From a virus: a stretch of 34,301 bases of DNA. The position numbers and the translations under genes are program-made. Location of the stretch: IMG/VR virus record IMGVR_UViG_3300025880_000003, positions 1-34,301 of that record; one strand, written 5' to 3'. Positions 16,791 through 22,652 of the stretch are shown in pieces. The notes beneath the pieces were generated by a model. The model saw nothing but the letters and a program-made list of their open reading frames with translations. It made no database searches and had not been told where the DNA came from. How positions within the stretch are numbered: the first letter of the stretch is position 1; every line of letters begins with the position of its first letter.

Positions 16791-17281
16791 CCGAACATCT
16801 CATCGGTGTTGGTCAGGACGAACCCTTCGGACTCCAGCCAAAACCTTACCGCGTCCAACCACTCAACCATTTGTTTTTTGTTGAACGCTGAACTGACCGG
16901 GAATTCCATTGGCTCGACCATCAGCTCGCGCTTAACTGGATAAGGCAAAGGTTTAACAATGCGGTCGTATTTTTCTTTGTAGCTCTCCGAATCCCGCCGC
17001 AGAATCGGCACACCAAAATGTAACTTGGCATAACTCCGGTACTCCCAAGCTTTCATCGATCCCTGCTTCTCGGCATCACGAAACCATTGCCAGACCATCC
17101 GGTTCTGCATCGTTGACCGGTCTTTGCCGACTGGCTTGATTGATACCTCCATCGCCTGATCGAAATCAACTTGCTTCAACAACGTCCAAAGCTTGTCCTT
17201 TTCACTGGCATTGTGGATGACAATGTGAAGCTCCTCTGCGGTTAGTCGGTCTGGTAATGGTAAACGTCTGATATTGCTCAT
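16787..17281 (-). CDS. ninB: NinB-like recombination protein (164 aa).
   Basis: SIKPVGKDRSTMQNRMVWQWFRDA resembles lambda NinB ...IQERNRSLDQNRKLWACLGDV. It sits in a nin-region position. Confidence 0.65.
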   Translation of the reverse strand: MSNIRRLPLPDRLTAEELHIVIHNASEKDKLWTLLKQVDFDQAMEVSIKPVGKDRSTMQNRMVWQWFRDAEKQGSMKAWEYRSYAKLHFGVPILRRDSESYKEKYDRIVKPLPYPVKRELMVEPMEFPVSSAFNKKQMVEWLDAVRFWLESEGFVLTNTDEMFG

Positions 17282-17290
17282 GATTATACC

Positions 17291-17632
17291 TCAATGAAAG
17301 TGTGATGGCATTAGTTCTGGCAGATTTACTGGTGCCAGATCCCGACTCTTCTGCTCCCGGGTTCTAAAAAATCCATAGTGCTGTGGGTACTTCCGCATAA
17401 ACGCCCTTGCGTAAAATGCTCGGTAGTTGTTGTTCAGCTTAAAGCTGGTAACCCCATCGCCACCGGCATCGATTTCCCATCGGATCCGCTCAAAAATTGC
17501 GTTGACACTGTAATTCATAAAACCCCGGTTGATCATGTCAAACGTGAATCCGCAGAACAGCCTCCAAACATCGGGGTGCTTTCGATTAAACTGAATAACG
17601 TCCTGCCGCATTTCTTCAAATCGATCTACCAT
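17291..17632 (-). CDS. Hypothetical protein (113 aa).
   Basis: ORF-track entry, in the replication/nin region. No confident family. Confidence 0.5.
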   Translation of the reverse strand: MVDRFEEMRQDVIQFNRKHPDVWRLFCGFTFDMINRGFMNYSVNAIFERIRWEIDAGGDGVTSFKLNNNYRAFYARAFMRKYPQHYGFFRTREQKSRDLAPVNLPELMPSHFH

Positions 17633-18072
17633 CCTAGAAGCTCCGCTAAGGCCTTCCTAGCCTCTTTCGGCTCAACCCTTGGGAAGACCTCTGGTTGGAC
17701 AGAACCCGTCTCACAGACATCGTGGTGGCGCTGAGTGATCGTATATGACCTGCACTTTGGGCAGATCGGCAGACCTTGAGGCGGCTTCTCAGCAGACGCC
17801 TGTCCTCTGCACAATTTCTTAAACTCACCAACGGTCGGAGCAAACTTCGGATACTCGTCAACCATGTCGCGTAGAGCCTTCTCGATCTTGACCGGGTCAA
17901 TGTTCTCGATGTGGGTCCACCAAAGCCGCTTGGCGGTTGTTTCATCTTGGTCCCTCAAGAAGTTTGGATATGTCACCTTCATCATCCCAAACACCTTGTT
18001 GATCAGGTTCAGTTTGAATGAATCCGATTGCCCAGTCGGTGTTCGTTGCGAGTTGTAGTGCTGTGGGTTCAT
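17626..18072 (-). CDS. Lambda P-like replication protein (helicase loader) candidate (148 aa).
   Basis: LINKVFGMMKVTYPNFLRDQDETTAKRLWW...FAPTVGEFKKLC parallels lambda P (IINGVFSQLLATFPASLANRDQNE...FLPSPGQFVAWC) as I recall it. It overlaps the upstream gene by 131 nt. Confidence 0.5.
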   Translation of the reverse strand: MNPQHYNSQRTPTGQSDSFKLNLINKVFGMMKVTYPNFLRDQDETTAKRLWWTHIENIDPVKIEKALRDMVDEYPKFAPTVGEFKKLCRGQASAEKPPQGLPICPKCRSYTITQRHHDVCETGSVQPEVFPRVEPKEARKALAELLGW

Positions 18073-18766
18073 GCTTTTCTTCCTTTGCTGAATAAACTGT
18101 TTTCCAACCTTGCGCGTTGGCCTCTTCGATCATGCCTGTAGCGTCTTGACCTTGCCGAACTAATTTTTCAATGCGGTTCAACAAAGTGTTAACACCTCGG
18201 CTTGAATTGTTTGCCTTTAACTTTTTTCTAACACCTAAAAATTCATTCCAAAGATCCATCTCGACCCCAAGCGCATTTATGCGCGCGGTAGTTTCTTTTT
18301 GGTTTACTTTTTCTTTATCTGTTTCTGTATCTGTATCTGTATCTGTATGGCATTGCGACTGCAATGCGACCGCATTAGTCGTTTCGTTGATTTTATTAGG
18401 TTTTTTAGGTCCAGATTGATCCGGTAAGTTCCACCGTTTGTTCGCGTTCTCAACATTTTTTTGAGATTTTTGTCGAAAAAGTTTCAGTTCTTCGCTCAAA
18501 CGCGGGTTAAACCACTGTTCATTCTCAAGGTAAAAGGCACCATCTTCAGCAAATAAAACTTCTTTTATGCGCTTCCATTGCGATGGCTTGCACCGCAAAA
18601 CATTACAGATCCAGCGATCATTGTCTGGCAATCCGCCGCCCATCTTCCAAGCTGCTGACAGCAACCGGATGTAGGCACCTTCCTGCTCAAGTGTGTAATT
18701 GAAGATCTGATGACTGTCTAACCAGTCGGTCGGATAAAACGGAAAATACGGACTACTTTTCGACAT
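17942..18766 (-). CDS. Replication initiation / replisome organiser protein with an N-terminal DUF1376-like domain (274 aa).
   Basis: The N-terminus YFPFYPTDWLDSHQIFNYTLEQEGAYIRLLSAAW is the DUF1376 signature. It has a TDTDTDTETD linker. Confidence 0.6.
   Translation of the reverse strand: MSKSSPYFPFYPTDWLDSHQIFNYTLEQEGAYIRLLSAAWKMGGGLPDNDRWICNVLRCKPSQWKRIKEVLFAEDGAFYLENEQWFNPRLSEELKLFRQKSQKNVENANKRWNLPDQSGPKKPNKINETTNAVALQSQCHTDTDTDTETDKEKVNQKETTARINALGVEMDLWNEFLGVRKKLKANNSSRGVNTLLNRIEKLVRQGQDATGMIEEANAQGWKTVYSAKEEKHEPTALQLATNTDWAIGFIQTEPDQQGVWDDEGDISKLLEGPR
18317..18346. repeat. Tandem hexanucleotide repeat (ATCTGT/TTCTGT) x5 inside the replication gene.
   Basis: It reads atctgt ttctgt atctgt atctgt atctgt and encodes the (TD)n linker on the minus strand. 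Confidence 0.9.
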
Positions 18767-18899
18767 TACGACCTCACTCTAGGTATGTCTGCATATGCAG
18801 GAGTAACTGTACGTTGCTCTACGTCCGCAGATGAACTAGAATAGGCATAGTTAACCTTGCTGGATAACGCTCCGCCCATCCCTTTGTGGGCATAAGAAG

Positions 18900-18921
18900 G
18901 CCCCCTCGTCGGGGCTTTTTT
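18900..18921. terminator. Hairpin GCCCC-ctcgtc-GGGGC with a T6 tract. A strong terminator in the plus orientation and a partial one in the minus orientation.
   Basis: It lies directly after the cro-like stop codon. The plus strand is followed by TTTTTT. On the minus strand an A-tract precedes the hairpin and CUUCUUAU follows it. Confidence 0.45.
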
Positions 18922-19117
18922 ATGCACGTTCGAAAACTTCTCGATGAATAACCTCAAGCTTCAACAGCTTAAAATCCTCGTCGATTGAAACCAAAAGTTC
19001 AGACCCATCTTTTCTTGATCGATTCCGAATCTTCTGCTCCGCAACACCCAACTCAAGGCTAATTCGCCGGATGTTGCTGTTGAACCGTTGCATGTAAACT
19101 TCGATTGGTAATTGCAT
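18920..19117 (-). CDS. Cro-like small HTH regulator (65 aa).
   Basis: The ATG at 19117 is preceded by AGGAGGTGA. HTH: NIRRISLELGVAEQKIRNR. It is the first gene of the leftward array, next to the divergent control region. Confidence 0.55.
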   Translation of the reverse strand: MQLPIEVYMQRFNSNIRRISLELGVAEQKIRNRSRKDGSELLVSIDEDFKLLKLEVIHREVFERA

Positions 19118-19156
19118 ATTTGTCACCTCCTGAGCGGATCCTAGCACCGAATTAAT

Positions 19157-19185
19157 TTGAAAAAAAGCTTTTCTTCAGTTAAATT
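19157..19185 (+). promoter_or_regulatory. Candidate rightward early promoter.
   Basis: TTGAAA (19157-19162), 17-nt spacer, TAAATT (19180-19185). Confidence 0.35.
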
Positions 19186-19194
19186 TTAATTTAA
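19179..19194. promoter_or_regulatory. Perfect palindrome TTAAATT-TT-AATTTAA. Candidate operator.
   Basis: 7-bp inverted arms with a 2-bp spacer. It overlaps both candidate -10 elements. Confidence 0.4.
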
Positions 19195-19211
19195 AGTTAG
19201 GTTTCCAGCAA
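19183..19211 (-). promoter_or_regulatory. Candidate leftward early promoter.
   Basis: On the minus strand: TTGCTG (19206-19211), 17-nt spacer, TAAAAT (19183-19188). Confidence 0.3.
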
Positions 19212-19228
19212 TTTAAGAGGTTGACAAC

Positions 19229-19615
19229 ATGCCATTAATTTTAAACCGCCGTCATTATTACTATGATGAAACTCAAGAGCCTTGGTACGCATTGTGGTCC
19301 CATTATGACGCCGTCAAAAGATCGCCATCAATTAAAAAAAGCGACCTTGATCCATTCGCTAAAATGAAGGCTAAAGGTGCGGCATTGAAATTTGCTAAGG
19401 ATACATTGATCAATGATTATCCTGAATTTTTCCAATGGATAGAATGGGGTTTAGATGACTTAACTGGTCACGGCGATCCAATCGCTGACGAGTACATTGA
19501 CCGGTATTTCAAGGACGGAATCCCAAAAGAATTTAAGTTTAAATTTGATTCAACTCAAAAAGATTTTGAAGATTATTGGGAAGAAACAGGCGCATTCACA
19601 GGAGAAATTTCATGA
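19229..19615 (+). CDS. Hypothetical protein (128 aa), first gene of the rightward operon.
   Basis: RBS AAGAGG 8 nt upstream. ATGA overlap with the ERF gene. Confidence 0.55.
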   Translation: MPLILNRRHYYYDETQEPWYALWSHYDAVKRSPSIKKSDLDPFAKMKAKGAALKFAKDTLINDYPEFFQWIEWGLDDLTGHGDPIADEYIDRYFKDGIPKEFKFKFDSTQKDFEDYWEETGAFTGEIS

Positions 19616-20292
19616 AGATGAGCGAACAAATCAACGAACTGGCAACTGCATTAGTGGTTGCCCAAGGTCTTATCCAAAACCCAACCAAGTCTGTGAAAAA
19701 CGACTTTTTCAAATCAAAATACGCGGACCTCGCCGGTGTGATCGATGTGGTCCGTCCAGCTTTCACTGAAGCAGGCATAGCCGTCATACAAGCGCCGTCA
19801 ACCGGCGCAGACGGTGAGATAGCTGTTACCACTACCTTAGTCCATACATCCGGTCAGTGGATGTCAGATCAAGTCTCAATGGCTATTGACCCGTCAGCCA
19901 AGAACCCGGCACAAGCTGCTGGCAGTCTTATCACCTACCTCCGCCGGTATTCTTTGTCGGCATTTGCCAATGTCGCGCAAAATGACGATGACGGAAACAG
20001 TCTTGCCGGGAACGTCAAAGCCGTTGAGCAGAAGCCGGTTGATAATTCGGTGCTCGATATTGACGCTTACAAAGAACTTTGCTGGAAACATAAAGACACC
20101 ATTATCGCTGTCAAGGAAGGCATAGCTAACGATGACCTTAGCAGCGCATCCGAAGCTTGGTACGAGTTGACAAAAGATGAGCAAGAACAATTGTGGCGCG
20201 CTCAAAGTAAAGGCGGTTGTTTTACCACGAACGAACAAAAGACGATTAAAACGTCAGAATTTAGAATTTCACATTACGGAGTAGAAGCATGA
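19612..20292 (+). CDS. erf: ERF-family single-strand annealing recombinase (226 aa).
   Basis: NDFFKSKYADLAGVIDVVRPAF...TTTLVHTSGQW...AQAAGSLITYLRRYSLSAFANVAQNDDDGN matches the ERF signature. I set the start at MKMSEQ (ATGA overlap). Confidence 0.7.
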   Translation: MKMSEQINELATALVVAQGLIQNPTKSVKNDFFKSKYADLAGVIDVVRPAFTEAGIAVIQAPSTGADGEIAVTTTLVHTSGQWMSDQVSMAIDPSAKNPAQAAGSLITYLRRYSLSAFANVAQNDDDGNSLAGNVKAVEQKPVDNSVLDIDAYKELCWKHKDTIIAVKEGIANDDLSSASEAWYELTKDEQEQLWRAQSKGGCFTTNEQKTIKTSEFRISHYGVEA

Positions 20293-20594
20293 GCACAATC
20301 GGCATTAATTTATCAATCGATGTAAGCAAGTTGGACAAGTCGCGCCTGTACAAAGGCGCTAAGGGCACCTACGCCAACCTAACGGTTTTCATCGACAGCA
20401 ACCCCGACCAGTACGGTAAGAACGGTGGGGTCAAAGAGCAGGCCACCAAGGACGAGCGGGACCAGAAGGTCAAGATGCCGTTCGTTGGCAACGCCACAAT
20501 ATTCTGGAGCGACAATCCAGATTTTCAACAGGCCCGGGTTGAACAAGCTCAAGAGCCAGCAACCGACGAGTTCGACGACTCAATTCCATTTTAA
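20289..20594 (+). CDS. Putative ssDNA-binding protein (101 aa) with an SSB-type acidic tail.
   Basis: The C-terminus ...TDEFDDSIPF resembles the DDDIPF tail of bacterial SSB. It lies directly downstream of ERF (ATGA overlap). Confidence 0.45.
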   Translation: MSTIGINLSIDVSKLDKSRLYKGAKGTYANLTVFIDSNPDQYGKNGGVKEQATKDERDQKVKMPFVGNATIFWSDNPDFQQARVEQAQEPATDEFDDSIPF

Positions 20595-20602
20595 GGTTCC
20601 AC

Positions 20603-20869
20603 ATGAAACAGCAAGGAAACGTCATGAGAAAAACATCAGTCCACTGGACCGCAAAAGAACTAAACCTTTTGTTCAACATGGTTGAGCAAAGCACTCCAAT
20701 CTCTGAGATGGCAGAGCGGCTTGGTCGTAACGAAAAGGCTGTCAGCAACAAGATGTACCGGATCCGACAGCAGATGGCGCACAAGTCTATTCGCAAGCCC
20801 AAGGCCACGCTTGAGAACGTAATGAACGAGCAAGAGTGGATGCCGTTCTGGAAGAGGCTGTTTAAATGA
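20603..20869 (+). CDS. Small DNA-binding protein, Myb/SANT-like HTH (88 aa).
   Basis: WTAKELNLLFNMVEQSTPISEMAERLGRNEKAVSNKMYRI. Confidence 0.4.
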   Translation: MKQQGNVMRKTSVHWTAKELNLLFNMVEQSTPISEMAERLGRNEKAVSNKMYRIRQQMAHKSIRKPKATLENVMNEQEWMPFWKRLFK

Positions 20870-21108
20870 ACTCCTCTTCAACGCTCCCCATGAAAAAGGG
20901 TCGCCCTCGGATCCACAAGATCAGAGAAAAGCTTGGCCTGCCGGGGCGGCCCAAAGCCACTGGCATCTTTGAGACCCGGGCAGAGTTTGAGGCTGCTTGC
21001 TTGGACAAGCACAATCAGGGCTGGTCGCTGAGGCGGATTGGCGCGCGGCTTGGTAGCTGTTACCTCACCGTAAAACGCGCCATTTCTGATGCTAAAAAAA
21101 ATTGCTAA
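20866..21108 (+). CDS. Small HTH protein (80 aa) with AT-hook-like GRP motifs. Possible controller of the downstream methyltransferase.
   Basis: KKGRPR and GRPKA motifs. C-terminal HTH: WSLRRIGARLGSCYLTVKRAI. It lies immediately upstream of the conserved motif and the MTase. Confidence 0.4.
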   Translation: MNSSSTLPMKKGRPRIHKIREKLGLPGRPKATGIFETRAEFEAACLDKHNQGWSLRRIGARLGSCYLTVKRAISDAKKNC

Positions 21109-21114
21109 AACATA

Positions 21115-21139
21115 TTGTTTTCTTACTGGTAAGATGAGA
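21115..21139 (+). promoter_or_regulatory. Conserved 25-bp motif TTGTTTTCTTACTGGTAAGATGAGA (copy B), upstream of the methyltransferase.
   Basis: 22/25 identical to 8664-8688, with the same CTTAC-NN-GTAAG arms. It is followed by CAGCAAGG (21159-21166), as in copy A (8725-8732). Confidence 0.45.
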
Positions 21140-21173
21140 GGATTGTTGTTAATTTAATCAGCAAGGCAAACAA

Positions 21174-22082
21174 ATGAAGATTCTTGATTTATTCTCGGGC
21201 ATAGGCGGGTTTAGTCTAGGGCTAGAAGCCGCCGGGTTTGAGACCGCAGCCTTTTGTGAGTACGACAAAGAAGCGCAAAAGGTGTTACGCAAGAACTGGC
21301 CTGACGTTCCAATATTTTCAGATGTTAAAACTTTGACCAAGCAGGAGCTCCACGACAATGGAATACAGGACATCGGACTTATTTGCGGCGGATACCCATG
21401 CCAACCCTTCAGCATCGCAGGACAACGGCGTGGCGCAGAAGATGACCGCCATCTCTGGCCTGAAATGTTTAGGCTTATCCAAGAACTCAGGCCCACTTGG
21501 GTCATTGGAGAAAATGTTGCTGGGCACATCAATATGGGCCTCGACGAAGTGCTCACTGACTTGGAAGCAGAGGGCTACACCGCAAGGACGTTTGTTATTC
21601 CAGCTTGTGCCGTCGATGCTCACCATAGACGAGATCGAGTCTGGACTGTTGCACACGCCAACAGCGAAAGCGAATCAGATGGCCCCAAGCATGAACAGCG
21701 GATGGTGGAGAACGCCAGCAGCGGATCAGGGCGGGACTCCGAAAGCATTATTGGAAGGCAAGACAACGAGGCCGAGCGGTCACAAGATACAGATACGATT
21801 ACAAGATCAGGTGAAAATGTGGCCCACACCGCTTTCGGGATCAGCAAAAGGCGCTCCAAAAAACAGGTACCGGGGATCGGAAACTTCTCACGGGAATCTG
21901 GAAGAAGTGGTCAGGACCAGCCCAGAAGATGGTCAGTTGAACCCAACGTGGGTCGAGTGGCTAATGGGGTTCCCAGAAGGTCACACAGACTTAAACAGCT
22001 AGGCAATGCGGTAGTGCCTCAAGTGGTTGAACAAATTGGTAAGGCAATATGGAGCGTAGAATATGGAACCAACCAGAGTTGA
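21174..22082 (+). CDS. DNA (cytosine-5)-methyltransferase, main frame (302 aa).
   Basis: Motif I DLFSGIGG. Motif IV GGYPCQPFS. Motif VI ENV. Motif VIII-like HHRRDRVW. Motif X LGNAVVPQV. The segment between VIII and X is low complexity. Confidence 0.8.
   Translation: MKILDLFSGIGGFSLGLEAAGFETAAFCEYDKEAQKVLRKNWPDVPIFSDVKTLTKQELHDNGIQDIGLICGGYPCQPFSIAGQRRGAEDDRHLWPEMFRLIQELRPTWVIGENVAGHINMGLDEVLTDLEAEGYTARTFVIPACAVDAHHRRDRVWTVAHANSESESDGPKHEQRMVENASSGSGRDSESIIGRQDNEAERSQDTDTITRSGENVAHTAFGISKRRSKKQVPGIGNFSRESGRSGQDQPRRWSVEPNVGRVANGVPRRSHRLKQLGNAVVPQVVEQIGKAIWSVEYGTNQS
21358..22002 (+). CDS. Nested +1-frame ORF (214 aa) carrying MTase variable-region / motif-IX-like peptides. Status uncertain: overprinted gene, recoded segment or remnant.
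   Basis: The frame is open from 21337. AGGAG lies 10 nt before the ATG. Peptides: LLHTPTA, WWRTPAAD, MWPTP, LNPTWVEWLMGFPEGHT. The stop TAG (22000-22002) abuts motif X of the main frame. Confidence 0.4.
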   Translation: MEYRTSDLFAADTHANPSASQDNGVAQKMTAISGLKCLGLSKNSGPLGSLEKMLLGTSIWASTKCSLTWKQRATPQGRLLFQLVPSMLTIDEIESGLLHTPTAKANQMAPSMNSGWWRTPAADQGGTPKALLEGKTTRPSGHKIQIRLQDQVKMWPTPLSGSAKGAPKNRYRGSETSHGNLEEVVRTSPEDGQLNPTWVEWLMGFPEGHTDLNS

Positions 22083-22218
22083 GTTATTGGAGGCTTGGAT
22101 CACAATCCAAAAGCTTCTGCAAACGGATCCGAAGCTTGACGAGTATCACAAGCAGATTCTGCCTGATGTTCTGAGCCTTCTGAACCACCGTCAGGACAAG
22201 TTAAAGGGGGTCGAGTGA
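22063..22218 (+). CDS. Hypothetical 51-aa protein.
   Basis: GGAG lies 8 nt upstream of the ATG at 22063. My translation MEPTRVELLEAWITIQKLLQTDPKLDEYHKQILPDVLSLLNHRQDKLKGVE is open. Its stop overlaps the next ATG (TGATG). It is below the ORF-track cutoff. Confidence 0.45.
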   Translation: MEPTRVELLEAWITIQKLLQTDPKLDEYHKQILPDVLSLLNHRQDKLKGVE

Positions 22219-22400
22219 TGGTCAAGGTTAAACGGTTTGCGGGGCTGGTAGTGGCCCTGCTGTTCATCTGGCTAGTGAGTTGGGCCGGTAACGCAGATTA
22301 CGAAGAGGCACTGCGTCAGGAACGCCAGTACGTTGAAGATGTCTGTTCAGGATTCAGGCCAAACTGGAAGGATCAACAGGTAACATGCAGGGAGGATTAA
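22218..22400 (+). CDS. Small membrane protein (60 aa, N-terminal transmembrane helix).
   Basis: FAGLVVALLFIWLVSWAG is a hydrophobic segment. It is coupled to the upstream ORF. Confidence 0.45.
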   Translation: MVKVKRFAGLVVALLFIWLVSWAGNADYEEALRQERQYVEDVCSGFRPNWKDQQVTCRED

Positions 22401-22567
22401 AGTTTATGACGCACCCGGACAATAATAGCCATCAAAGAGCTTACAAAGAGCGGATGGTCGAAAAGGGTTTTAGGCAGCTAACGATATGGGTGCACAATGA
22501 CCTGCGTGAAACTGTTAAACAACAATTCCACAAAAAGGAGCCAGCCAGTGACATTGAACGAACTTAA
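22385..22567 (+). CDS. Small protein resembling DUF3018/MazE-type antitoxin-like proteins (60 aa; the alternative start is 22406).
   Basis: QRAYKERMVEKGFRQLTIWVHNDLRE resembles the hR..lR..Gl+.vqiWV pattern I recall for DUF3018. No cognate toxin is seen. Confidence 0.35.
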   Translation: MQGGLKFMTHPDNNSHQRAYKERMVEKGFRQLTIWVHNDLRETVKQQFHKKEPASDIERT

Positions 22568-22652
22568 AAATATTCTGCGAAACCACCAGCCCACTTGGGA
22601 TCACATCGGAATTTTCTGTTTTGGGTTTGTCATCGGAGCAATAATTCTGTGA
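22548..22652 (+). CDS. Possible 34-aa membrane micro-protein (GTG start).
   Basis: AGGAG lies 7 nt upstream of the GTG. The hydrophobic C-terminus is HIGIFCFGFVIGAIIL. It is below the ORF-track cutoff. Confidence 0.3.
   Translation: MTLNELKNILRNHQPTWDHIGIFCFGFVIGAIIL

Noticed and set aside
18766-18957. A 63-aa minus-strand ORF in the cro-replication gap.
   Set aside because: It starts inside the cro-like gene, reads through the terminator hairpin and has no RBS. The region is better explained as regulatory or untranslated.
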